A stretch of 64,000 nucleotides of DNA from Paraspadella gotoi (Eukaryota > Animalia > Chaetognatha). Below, in pieces: positions 13,610 to 25,917 of the stretch; the first letter of the stretch is position 1, and each line of letters opens with the position of its first letter. The stretch covers positions 26,975,659 to 27,039,658 of the forward strand of contig CM119264.1 in the NCBI GenBank assembly GCA_051294375.1, given 5' to 3'. A model generated the notes under the pieces. It was not told the DNA's origin. It did not search any database and saw only the letters and a list, made by a program, of their open reading frames with translations. Position numbers and translations under genes: made by a program.

Positions 13610-14495
13610 CGAAGAACGAAGTAATGAGGGGCCAGAGCCGAGCCACGCCAAACCGAAATCAGACCCACAGATTTTTTTTTGATGTTGTCAGCGGAATCAT
13701 TCTCTCTTCTTTNNNNNNNNNNNNNNNNNNNNNNNNNGGTAAGGTTATGGGAAAATGATGACAAGAAGTGTTGTTGGGAATAGCTACTAGGTAATGTACC
13801 GTAATGGTTGAAATTTGGAAGAAGAACCAGCGGGTAAGTGAAAAATTTGGAAAAAGAAGTAAAGAATAAAGGAAAGTAAAAAAATTAAGGAAAGAAAGAA
13901 AGAAAAGTTGGAGAGAAGAGAGTGGAAAGGTCATGGGGAGAAAAGAAATGGAAAGGTGAAGCGAAAAGAAAATCAGATTTGGAAATTAAACGTTTGAGGT
14001 GAAATTGTGATCGGAAGGAGAGAAAGAATTGTGGTCAATGGTCAATATGTGGGTGAGGAGAGACGGACGTGGGGTGAATGAAGACGGTCTTGGGGTGAGG
14101 CGTGGGATCGAGGAGTTAACCGAGTTACTTGTGCAGCGGACGGGAAGTGGAAACTGAAAGGGACGAAGCGAAAGAAGTGGAAAAGATAATGGAAAGGGGA
14201 TGGAAACTAGAAGGGAAAAGTGAATGGAAACGTCAGTAGAAAATGAAATTAAAACAGGAGTGGAAAAGGGAGTGAAAACTAGAGAGGAAAAAGTAGGAGA
14301 AAAAATAGATTGTCGAAGAGTCTGTATACGGTGAATGATGCCGTGACTAATTCGAGTAAAGACGACGATGAAGTAGGGACAAATCAACAGTGATATTCCA
14401 AACGGACGATCCAGACATTAGAATCAACTTGGGCCTAAATTTCTTTCATCCCGTTTTCTGGAATGTCAAAAGGACGCTGTTAATGGATAGAGATG

Positions 14496-14538
<43 letters not shown>

Positions 14539-15350
14539 GAGAATTGCGATGAAATTTTGGCCTAAAAATTNNNNNNNNNNATATAGATATTTATGACGAA
14601 TACAACCAAAAAAATCTTTAGCAATCAAGTATTAACATTTTGCCGTAAACACTCGATCTCAATTTAACATTGGTTCTCGTCAGAGAAACTCGGGGTTTTT
14701 CAAATAAATATCGGAATCTCCACCGATGGCGCTAATGACGCTAATGGCGCTGAAGACGCAATCGACGCTAATCTCGAGCCAAACCCACTTTTCACTACGT
14801 CTTTGAGCGAGAAGCGGAGAGAGAGAAAAGTGCGTTGTGCTGTGTTGTGCGCACATTATTGCTATCATTTGTGACTAGCATTTGTATCGGTCGCGCTCCA
14901 AGGCAGCCNNNNNNNNNNNNNNNNNNNNNNNNNNNNNNNNNNNNNNNNNNNNNNNNNNNNNNNNNNNNNNNNNNNNNNNNNNNNNNNNNNNNNNNNNNNN
15001 NNNNNNNNNNNNNNNNNNNNNNNNNNNNNNNNNNNNNNNNNNNNNNNNNNNNNNNNNNNNNNNNNNNNNNNNNNNNNNNNNNNNNNNNNNNNNNNNNNNN
15101 NNNNNNNNNNNNNNNNNNNNNNNNACTGGCGTCGCCAAACTCTCACCGCTGGCGTGAACATCAAAGAAGACAACAGATTGTGAAGAGGAAACCACGGCGA
15201 TGACGGCTGAGGTGGCTGTGGGCGTCGTGGTGGGCGACGTTGGCGGCTTTGTGGGCGTCGTTGTGGGCGACGTTAGCGGCGTTGCCGGCGTTTCCGGCGG
15301 GTTCGGCGTCTGTGGTAACAGATGTTCCGACTCGGCAAAAAAAAAATCCC
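13610..15350 (-). CDS. Putative TGF-beta/BMP superfamily ligand (prodomain plus start of mature domain), broken by gaps and indels
   Basis: 15125-15170 reads VVFFDV(+1 nt)TPAVRVWRRQ, matching the BMP prodomain motif FDVTPAV.RW. It is preceded by a Pro/Thr-rich stretch. 14690-14810 reads WVWLEISVDC...NPEFL. 13610-13712 reads KRRENDSADN..KK.LWVDF(after indels)..W..LAPHYF, resembling a furin site plus mature-domain N-terminus. Confidence 0.5.
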
Positions 15351-15708
15351 TGAATCGAAAATATCATCTTTTTTTTTCAGCGAAACTCGAGTTCAAATCC
15401 GCAGAGAGACTTTTTCTTTTCCCGTTCGAGATACGAATCGAAATCCGCCGCCGGATTCCTCCGTCGGTCTTCCGCCGCCGGATTCCTCCGCCGGTCTTCC
15501 GCCGCCGGATTTTCGACGACGCCGAGAATTTATAATAATTCCGTTTATGAGTTGAGGATTTTTCTCGTTTGTCTCAGAATTAAGAAGATTTAATCTTGTT
15601 GCGACTTTCGCTTCGTCTTTATCAAGATTTGGATTCTCCCTTTCAGGTCATCTGTTTCGTTTATGATCCAAAGAAAAGATTTTCTATCGATGAATTGAAT
15701 TTTTGTTC

Positions 15709-17630
15709 AATTGGTATATAAATTGTTACAACCAATAGAAAATTTGTTTATTGATTCCACAAATAAGCCATTTGGATTGGATAATGGATGGGCGAGAGTG
15801 ATTGGTGAATTAAGGTCTTCTTCAATTTTACATTGAAATAAAAATGGAAAACCATGCAATCTATCAATCAAACTCAATCACTTTTTTAAAATCACACATT
15901 CACTATAATCATCTTTTTACATACTCTCTTTGACAATCAATACAAATTTCTGCAATCGTTTTGGTTCCTTTATTTTATTACTGCAAATATTTGTTTTTTA
16001 TTTTTTTAATTACGCGTTCCATAAATGCCTATGTATCTGTGTTGGCCGCGCGGTCCCTTCGCGTTTTGGATCGCAAAATGCAAGCTTCTTCCCTGCGGTC
16101 CTGGATTGCGGGCGCTGACCAATACCGTCGAGAGATATTGAAGATATATTCTACCTTTTTTACCGCGGTTTCCGCGCGCACCATTGAGGAAACGCGTTGG
16201 TCGTCGTATATGAGTTGTATTTGATCTTGTAAAAACGGACGGCCAACCGTTTCAAACCCCAGTAGGAGGTTATTTTTATTTGCGATGCACGAATGTTTTA
16301 CTTGTTTTTAACTTGTTTTTACTCTGCTTTGTAACTTGTTTACAGTTTTTAATGGTTTTTAAGTGATTTAATACGTTATTTCGTGCCTTTTATTGAGACC
16401 AATACATTTATTTTACCCTCCTAACCTTCGAATTCGTGCCGAGAAAAATTAGGTTATCTTGAGTACAAATGAAGAGAATGACGCTATTTATTAAAAAAAT
16501 AAAAACGAAATAAAAAAAAGAAGTACCCAGATACACAACACATCGCGTTATTCAGTTTTGATTCGACAGAAATTCTCTCGCCAATTGTCCAACGTCCGTT
16601 CTCTCCTCTTAATAATCTCCCAATTCCCCAGTCACTTATTTTCCTTTTTGCCTAAAAGCCCAATCGTTCCGCAAATCTGTTTGCTCGTTGGAATCAACCA
16701 CCTCAGTGTGCCGCGCCGAAATCTCCCCGCCATCTGTCCAATTCTCTCTGCACTCGAGACTATTTTTTCCTCGCGAGAATTTCTTGAAATTCCCGCCAAA
16801 AGTACGTGGAATTCCGAGAGATTCTGGAAGTGGGAGGAGGGGTGTGACTGTTGAGGAGACGCACGGCGGTCTGTTGTGAGGAGGAGTGGTGCGGCGTACA
16901 GCAGCGGGTTAGAGCATTGAATAACCGTTGACCTGTGGAGTTGACATCTTAGACAGGTAATTGCTGGTTCGTGGCGGAGGCAAGGCCAAAAAAATGGGTG
17001 CAACCACAGCAGCAGAATTGAAAAAAACAAATATGAAGAATTCTAGGAGCGATTCTGTTGACTTTTGCGCGAAATCCAGGGGCGAATCAAAAGGAACTTA
17101 AACTGGATCCAAAATGAAAAGCAGAATATTATATGCCCTCGGAGGAAATTAAATACCTGTCGTTGAGAAAAAGATGAAGTGAGGAAGTGAGATCATTTTT
17201 ACAGTAAGTTAAAAGTAGTTTAATGTAGGCCTTATGCCATTTTTAGGGATTATACCCTTGTAAAGCAATGAAATTTTTAATTAAAGGCCTGTGACACCAA
17301 GTTTGTTCAATCGAAAACAATTCCTGTTCTCCATATTCCAAATTTTTTATTCTTTTCTTTTTTTTCTTTTGTTCCACGCTCGATCGGCGTTCGACATCGA
17401 TTATTATTAATTTATTCAATATCTTACGCAATCCAATTCTTCTCTTTGTTTTTTTTTTTTTTTTCATTTCTTCAAACGAAGGAGAAACGATGACACGACA
17501 TTTGTTTTTTTTTTTCTCGATTTACATCGTCAGCTTCTTACCGACTTCCGAGAGATTCGCCTGGCGACTTTTCTCACATCTCTTTCATCAACGAGTGTTG
17601 CTACTCTCTCCCTTCTATCTCTTCTCTCTC

Positions 17631-17708
<78 letters not shown>

Positions 17709-18363
17709 GATTATTCAGTCTTCTAACAAAAGATCTCGATTTAAGAGGAAAAGGGAGGAGGGGGAGTTAAGAAGAAGGGTCGAGGGAAAGGGGGCGCAGA
17801 CCATTAGCGCGGATGGTTCGACCACCATTCCGTAGATGGAGCGAGGATTCCTCCGATTGTTTTTATTGTCTTTTCCTCTCTCGTTGTTATTCCACGCAGA
17901 GACGAAGGAATCATTTTCCCCTTCCGCGCCTTCNNNNNNNNNNNNNNNNNNNNNNNNNCAGTTTAATCCTTAATTTCTTCAGCCAACGTCAATTTTTTTT
18001 TTTTTAACTCGAGTCTAAAAATATTAAGTCACGTCCTTTCGACTTGGAGTTTCCAAAGAACGCTAAGTAGAGGGGGGGCGGCGGTGGAGGGGGGGCGGTT
18101 GGAAAGAGGGGTTGATTCGGGGGGGGGCGTGGGGAGCTAGAAGGCGCGGAAGGGGAAAATGAATTCCTTCGTCTACTGCGTGGAATAACAACGAGAGAGG
18201 AAAGACAATAAAACAATCGGAGGAATCCTCGCTCCATCTACGGAATGGTGGTCGAACATCCGCGCTAATGGTCTGCGCCCCCTTTCCCTCGACCCTTCTT
18301 CTTAACTCCCCCTCCTCCCTTTTCCTCTTAAATCGAGATCTTTTGTTAGAAGACTGAATAATC

Positions 18364-18455
<92 letters not shown>

Positions 18456-20315
18456 AGAGAGAGAACTCGTTGAGAAAGAGATGTAGAAAAAGTCGCCAGG
18501 CGACATCTCTCGGAAGTCGTAAGAAGCTGACGATGAAATCGGAAAAAAAAAAACAAATGTCGTGTCATCGTTTCTCCTTCGTTTGAAGGAAATGAAAAAA
18601 AAAAAAAAAACAAAGGAGAATTGGATGCGTAAGATATTGAATAAATTAATAATAATCGATGTCGAACGCCGATCGAGCGTGGAAACAAAAGAAAAAAAAG
18701 AAAAGAAAAAAAATTTGGAATATGGAGAACAAGGAATTGTTTCGATTGAACAAAACTTGTGTCACAGCCTTAATTAAAAATTTCATTGCTTTACAAGGAG
18801 TATAATCCTAAAAATGGCATAAGCCACATTAAACTACTTTTAACTTACTTAAAAATGATCTCACTTTCCTCACTTTCATCTTTTTTCAAAACGACAGGAT
18901 TTTAATTTCCTCCGAGGGCATAAATATTTCTCTTTTCATTTTGGATCCATTTAAGTTCTTTTGATTCCCCCTGGATTCGCCAAAAGTCAACAGAATCGCT
19001 CCTAGAATTTTCCATATTTTTTTTTTCAATTCTGCTGCATGTGCGGCACCCATTTTTTGGCCTTCCCCCCCGAACCGCATTGTCTAAGATTCAACTCCAC
19101 AGCAACGGTTATTCAATCTCTAACCCGCTGCTTACCCCGCACACTCTACTCACAAAGACCCAGTGGTCGTCCTCAACAGTCAACACCCTCCTCCCACTTT
19201 TCCAGAATCCTCGGAATTCCACGACTTTTGGCGGGAATTTCGAAATCTCGCGAGAAAAAAGTCTCGAGGTGCAGAGAGAATTGGAACAGATGGCGGGGGA
19301 GAATTCGCGCGGCCACCTGGCAGGTGGTTTGATTCCAACGAGCAAACGATTTTGGCGGAACGATGGGGCGTTTTAGGCAAAAAGGAAATAAGTGACTGGG
19401 GAATTGGGAAGAATATTAAGAGGAGAGAACGGACGTTGGACAATTGGCGAGAGAATTTCTGTCGAATCAAAACTGAATAACGCGATGTGTTGTGTATCTG
19501 GGTACTTCTTTTTTTTATTTCGTTTTTATTTTTTTAATAAATAGCGTCATTCTCTTCATTTGTACTCAAGATAACCTAATTTTTCTCGGCACGAATTCGA
19601 AGGTTAGGAGGGTAAAATAAATGTATTGGTCTCAATAAAAGGCACGAAATAACGTATTAAATCACTTAAAAACCATTAAAAACTGTAAACAAGTTACAAA
19701 GCAGAGTAAAAACAAGTTAAAAACAAGTAAAACATTCGTGCATCGCAAATAAAAATAACCTCCTACTGGGGTTTGAAACGGTTGGCCGTCCGTTTTTACA
19801 AGATCAAATACAACTCATATACGACGACCAACGCGTTTCCTCAATGGTGCGCGCGGAAACCGCGGTAAAAAAGGTAGAATATATCTTCAATATCTCTCGA
19901 CGGTATTGGTCAGCGCCCGCAATCCAGGACCGCAGGGAAGAAGCTTGCATTTTGCGATCCAAAACGCGAAGGGACCGCGCGGCCAACACAGATACATAGG
20001 CATTTATGGAACGCGTAATTAAAAAAATAAAAAACAAATATTTGCAGTAATAAAATAAAGGAACCAAAACGATTGCAGAAATTTGTATTGATTGTCAAAG
20101 AGAGTATGTAAAAAGATGATTATAGTGAATGTGTGATTTTAAAAAAGTGATTGAGTTTGATTGATAGATTGCATGGTTTTCATTTTTATTCAATGTAAAA
20201 TTGAAGAAGACCTTAATTCACCAATCACTCTCGCCAGTCCATTATCCAATCTAAATGGCTTATTTGTGGAATCAATAAACAAATTTTCTATTGTTGTAAC
20301 ATTTATAAACCAATT
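15709..20315. repeat. About 2.2-kb inverted duplication (15709-17933 vs 18140-20315) folded near the N gap at 17934-17958; probable assembly/read fold-back
   Basis: ORFs 15930..16118/15961..16224 (+) are identical to 19910..20098/19804..20067 (-). The inner arms match with scattered indels. Confidence 0.9.
16014..16225 (-). CDS. Putative internal coding exon of unknown product (identical inverted copy at 19803-20014, + strand)
   Basis: tttttacaag acceptor and gtaatt donor flank a GC-richer 212-nt stretch open in one frame: SNTTHIRRPTRFLNGARGNRGKKGRIYLQYLSTVLVSARNPGPQGRSLHFAIQNAKGPRGQHRYIGIYGT. Confidence 0.3.
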
Positions 20316-21517
20316 CAAATTAGATAAATGGACCAAACATTTTGTTCATGTTATGCAATACCCGTACAGAATTTGATCATTCATTTACACATTTAGAAGT
20401 CATCAACCCTTTATCAACCCTTTATAGGAACATAAACCTCAGGGAATTTTCTAACTCATGAAATGAACAAATATTAATCACATTCAGTCAGTTAAGGGTT
20501 ATAACAATTTTTTTCATTTCACTCATATTGAAATCCGTGTAATATAATTTATACAAAAATATAACAGAAACATATGTCTCCCCTTAACCGACGACGAAAA
20601 CTTACGAAAAACTCGACAAACGATTTCTATCGGTTTTTCCCATTGAATAAACATCGCGACTGAGTGCGAATTTCGTCTGCGTCCGCGTGCGACAGCGAGC
20701 GACTGCGAACGAACGCGTGCGACTGCGTACGCTATTGCACGACTTCCAGATGCTCGAGAAAATATAACAATTAAATTTCTTTCTTTTTTTAACCTCAACC
20801 AGGCAACGTTTCCTTATTCCATCAATTTACGTCTCATAAACTGACAAAAAACCAAGATTGGCCGAACTTGCACTTTTCCGCCCCTATGAGTCAGTAGTAA
20901 CTCTGCTTCAAAGGGACACTTTGCTTCAATCATGCAATTCGCTTATTCATCTAGATTTCTCTTTTTATACCATCCGACCACCCTTCCTTTTGTCCATAGT
21001 CAAATGGGTACCATTCCGGATTGATAGGGCCAGTAAAGGGTAGTAAAAATCATAAATTTAACTAAAATCTAAATTCTAAAAGTGAGGAATGAACAACAAC
21101 AACACTAATGAACATTATTGTATTAAAAAATGTATTTTAAATGTTGAAATTTACCCTATAAATGTTAAAGGTTTATTGCAAATTTGGATTTGTCATGAAA
21201 AGTTGTTATAAAGAAATATAAGTCTTTTTAAAAATTTTTTTAGTTGGTGAAAAATCAGAAAAACTGATAATTAAATTTTTTAAATTGTACGATTTTATAA
21301 GGTAAGTATTATATATAAATATAGCCTACTGCAAAATTTGAAAATAAAAAAGGAGGTCCTAGTTTATCACAATCATTACACCGTTTCCGTGAGAGGAGGA
21401 GGAGGAGGGAAGAAAGNNNNNNNNNNNNNNNNNNNNNNNNNATCTTTTTTTATTAATAAGCTATTCAACTTATAATAATTGACGTTTAAAAATTTCATAC
21501 GTCTTATTACGCGGTAT

Positions 21518-21950
21518 TTACTGCTCTACGCCGAGTTTAGAGCCAACCAGCGAAAACTCTCGCTCATATCGAGACCCCTCCGCCCAGATGGCTAGGCTTC
21601 TACTCCAACCGAAGGAATCCTTGCTCTTTCGCTTTTCGATCGACTCTTCATTCTCATCACTAGAACGATCTTAAAGAATCTTTAAGCATACCGTACCGTA
21701 AATAGCCTATCAGTACCTGCCGGCAGATTGTCCGCGCTTTGTCCTCTTCCAAATTGCAGACCCTTGGCGTTGCTCCACCCAAGGCCCTCTTCCGCTCTCT
21801 AATTGCATGTACCTCTGCTCTGTCGAGAGGTCTTCTGCCGTTCTCAAATTCAGAACCCTCTCACTCCACCCTCGGACATCGCTTCCGTTCCTACTAAATG
21901 CCCGGCGGCCATGTCGTCCCGCGACCGAAGTGCAGCGCTGCCTCTCGCCT
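21518..21950 (-). CDS. Putative neuropeptide precursor with repeated GWS-x-G/S-L-x-I-W (W-X6-W, MIP/allatostatin-B-like) peptides; last two exons about 21950-21717 and 21659-21518
   Basis: Last exon (ttctag acceptor) reads DENEESIEKRKSKDSFGWSRSLAIW...*. A 57-nt GT-AG intron spans 21660-21716. The upstream exon and its duplicate contain two more units of form KR..GGGTGGAG..GGTCTG..ATTTGG AAG(A/C)GG after indel correction. Confidence 0.55.
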
Positions 21951-22702
21951 GAAAATCGCGCCCTTGAATTGGCGCCGTCCCGCCAATTTGCCTCCAAGGC
22001 AAATGAGCCGACTTTCTGCCTCTCGGGTGAACTGGGAGGGGTGGGTGGAGGGGAGGAGGAGGAAGAGGAGGGATTCGAGAGGAAACGACGACGGAGGAAA
22101 AAGAAGAAGAAGAAGCAGAAGAAGAAGAAGAAGAAGAAGAAGAAGAAAGAAGAAGGATCGATTATCGACGACGAAGAGAGAAGAGGATTCCGAGATTTAT
22201 GTGACGTTTTTAGATTGCCGATAAGTGTGAATTATGCAAAAAGAAGACTATGATCCTTATCCTGCATTAGTTCATAACATAAATACTACAACAAGGGCAA
22301 CGAAAACACGACGTAACGACGACGACGACGACTACGACGACGACGACGACATTTTCGTTTGGGTCAGGGAAGATCTTAACCATTGATTTGTCCCATTCTG
22401 TTTTTTACACGAGACTGACGTGGCAGATTGGAGGAAGGAGGAGAGAGAGAAGAGAGAGAGAGAAGAGAGAGAGAGGAGAAGAGATGAGAGGAAGAGGAAG
22501 GGAGGAAGGAAGAGGGGAGAAAGGAAGAGGAAGGGAGGAAGGAGGAGGGGAAAAAGGAAGAGGAAGGGAGGAAGGCAGGCGAGAGGAAGGAGATAAAAGA
22601 TAGCGAAATGGAGTAAGGGAAGAAAAAAAATTAAGGAGTAAAGTGGGAAGCATTAGAAATAAACAATGATAAAAGATAAAAGAAAAAGGATAAAGTATGA
22701 CA

Positions 22703-22850
22703 AGGATTAAATGATTAAGGATTCGATTAAATTATTTAATGATTAAATTATTTAAAGATTAAATGATTAAATGATTAAGGATTCGATTAAATTATTAAAT
22801 GATTAAATTATTTAATGATTAAATGATTAAATGATTAAAGATTCAATTAA
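22703..22850. repeat. GATTAAAT-based minisatellite with a 60-bp higher-order repeat
   Basis: atgattaaggattcgattaaattatt at 22711 recurs at 22771. Confidence 0.85.
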
Positions 22851-23189
22851 AGCTTAAACAATTTCAAAGAAATAAAATGAAAAATTAAAAGGGGAAAAAG
22901 GAGGAAAAGGTTGAGCCTTATCCACTTTCTCATCATCCCTATTAAACTTACCTTCTCGACCGCGACCTCTTCTCTTTCTCCTTTCATCTTCTCTTGTTTC
23001 CTCTCATCTCATCTCTTGTTCTTTTGTTTCCCTCTCAGTTTTGATGTTTAACTTTTTCATTTGCATATTTCCTCCACTTTCTCTATCTCTTTCTCTCTCT
23101 CTCTCTTGGAACGATTATTTGATTGCTGGAGAGGGTGCGTTTATAGTAATGGAAGTTACCTAGCAAAAAAATATCTTAANNNNNNNNNN

Positions 23190-24572
23190 TAGCTATTACC
23201 TCCGGGACCTTTTCCTCTCCAAATTCAGACCCTTCTGCTCCACCCAAGGCCCTCTTCGCTCCTATTCATACCCTCCTCCTGTCGAGGTCCTTCCGCTCCA
23301 ATTCAGACCCTCTCACTCCACCCGGGAACCTCTTCCGATCCTACTAAACCCGGCGCTTCGTCCCGCGACCGGAAGTGGCGCATGCTTCGCCTGAAAATCG
23401 CGCCTTAATTGGCGCCTTCCCGCCAATTTGCTCCAAGGGCAAAGAGCCGACCTTTTCTGACCTCCGGGTGAACTGGGAGGGGGGTGGAGGAGGAGGAGGA
23501 GGAGGAAGAGGAGGATGAGTAGGAAGACGACGACGAGGAAGAAGAAGAAGAAGAAGAAGAAGAAGAAGAAGAAGAAGAAGAAGAAGAAGAAGAAGAAGAA
23601 GAAGAAGAAGAAGACGATATCGACGACGAAGGAGAAGATGATTTCCAGATTTAGTGACGTTTTAATTGCGATAAGTGTGAATTATGCAAAAAGAAGACTA
23701 TGATCCTTATCCTGATAGTTCATAACAATAAATACTACAACAAGGGCAACGAAAAACGACGACGACGACGACGACTACGACGACGACGACGACCATTTTT
23801 CGTTTGGGTCAGGGAAATTCTAACCATTATTTTCCCATTTCTNNNNNNNNNNNNNNNNNNNNNNNNNNNNNNNNNNNNNNNNNNNNNNNNNNNNNNNNNN
23901 NNNNNNNNNNNNNNNNNNNNNNNNNNNNNNNNNNNNNNNNNNNNNNNNNNNNNNNNNNNNNNNNNNNNNNNNNNNNNNNNNNNNNNNNNNNNNNNNNNNN
24001 NNNNNNNNNNNNNNNNNNNNNNNNNNNNNNNNNNNNNNNNNNNNNNNNNNNNNNNNNNNNNNNNNNNNNNNNNNNNNNNNNNNNNNNNNNNNNNNNNNNN
24101 NNNNNNNNNNNNNNNNNNNNNNNNNNNNNNNNNNNNNNNNNNNNNNNNNNNNNNNNNNNNNNNNNNNNNNNNNNNNNNNNNNNNNNNNNNNNNNNNNNNN
24201 NNNNNNNNNNNNNNNNNNNNNNNNNNNNNNNNNNNNNNNNNNNNNNNNNNNNNNNNNNNNNNNNNNNNNNNNNNNNNNNNNNNNNNNNNNNNNNNNNNNN
24301 NNNNNNNNNNNNNNNNNNNNNNNNNNNNNNNNNNNNNNNNNNNNNNNNNNNNNNNNNNNNNNNNNNNNNNNNNNNNNNNNNNNNNNNNNNNNNNNNNNNN
24401 NNNNNNNNNNNNNNNNNNNNNNNNNNNNNNNNNNNNNNNNNNNNNNNNNNNNNNNNNNNNNNNNNNNNNNNNNNNNNNNNNNNNNNNNNNNNNNNNNNNN
24501 NNNNNNNNNNNNNNNNNNNNNNNNNNNNNNNNNNNTTTTCACGAGACATGACGTTGGCAGATTGAGAGGAGA

Positions 24573-24580
<8 letters not shown>
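23190..24580. repeat. Direct duplicate of about 21700-22445, including the neuropeptide-like exon (23200-23390, minus strand), split by a 694-N gap
   Basis: Shared ccacccaaggccctctt, cctgaaaatcgcg, (GAA)n, gtgaattatgcaaaaagaagactatgatccttatcc and acgagac.tgacg.tggcagattg. Confidence 0.85.
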
Positions 24581-24603
<23 letters not shown>

Positions 24604-24709
24604 TGAGAGAGAGAGAAGAGGTGAGAGAGAGAGAGAAGAGAGAGAGGAGAGAGAGAGAGAGAGAGAGAAGAGAGAGAGAAGGAGAGAGGAGAGAGAAGAG
24701 AAGAGAGCG

Positions 24710-24743
<34 letters not shown>

Positions 24744-25801
24744 AGGAGAGAGATGAGAAGCAATTGTGTGAATTGTAGATCGAGTGATAACCATCAGGAC
24801 GTGTGAAGGCTTTCGCGTCCATCTTTGGATGTCCAGTTTATTGCACAATCACGTTTCGTGAGAAAATCTCCTCTCTGATTTTTTGTTTTTCCGCTTCTTA
24901 GTTTTCTTTTTCTCTTTTGTACCACATCCATGCTCGTGCGTCCAACAAAACGTTTTTTTTTAAATCAACACGGACTTGCCATTGGTCGATTAATCGATAA
25001 TAGTAACGTTTTCTCGCTCTCTAATTGGCTGAAAATGTGCTTTGTGCATTGAATCACGCAATAAAAAAAGAAAAGAAAAAAGTGAATGAGTTTGTATAAA
25101 TGAACCTCGTTGTTGTTTAATTATAGAACTGGCGCGTAATGGTTCCATCTAATTCATAATAAATCTGAGAGAATTAGGCCATACAATTACAAACAAGCAA
25201 AAACCGCAAAAAAGTGGACAAGACAAATAGACAAGACAGACATACAGAAAAACAGGAAGACAGATAGACGGACATAAAAACAGGCAGATAGGCAGACAAG
25301 ACAGACAAACGTCGCTGCATTCAATCAGACAAACGGACTCACGGACAAAACGCGTCTTCCATCGTCGCTGGAATTCGCGCCGACTTAATTTATCAGACGC
25401 GTTACGATTGTCCACGCGATCCGCACGTCACGACGACGACGACGCCCGTCACGCCCCCTTCATTCGCTTCGAATAAGCGCCCTCTATTTTCCTCCTTTCC
25501 CAATTAAGCCCTTTATTTTTTTTTTTTTACTTTGTAAACTTCACCTATCGATTGTTCCCGAACAAGCGCTTTTCTTTTCTCGATCACGTGTCTCTTTTTT
25601 CCAAAACATATATATTTCAAGCGAGCGCCCTCCGACTCTCGGCCCGCAACTTCACCGCCTTGAAATAGCGACCTTTTATCTTCACTCCTCCAATACTTAT
25701 CATTCACACGCAAGCGTTTACCAATTACCCGCCAGAGCCAGTCCCACATCTGACCCTCGAAGGAGCGCTCGTTCGTCCCCTTCCCTTAACAATAACTCAA
25801 A

Positions 25802-25917
<116 letters not shown>

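Noticed and set aside
14835-14908. Plus-strand TSICIGRAP resembling a Harbinger transposase GWPGS motif
   Set aside because: No other DDE motifs; the minus strand is better explained as part of the TGF-beta-like gene.
22703-22850. Regularly spaced repeats as a possible CRISPR-like array
   Set aside because: No unique spacers; a simple AT-rich minisatellite in eukaryotic DNA.
23330-23356. GFSRIGR reading suggesting an FxRIamide neuropeptide
   Set aside because: Single occurrence, not reproduced in the other copy (FSRNGS); the W-X6-W frame explains three units.
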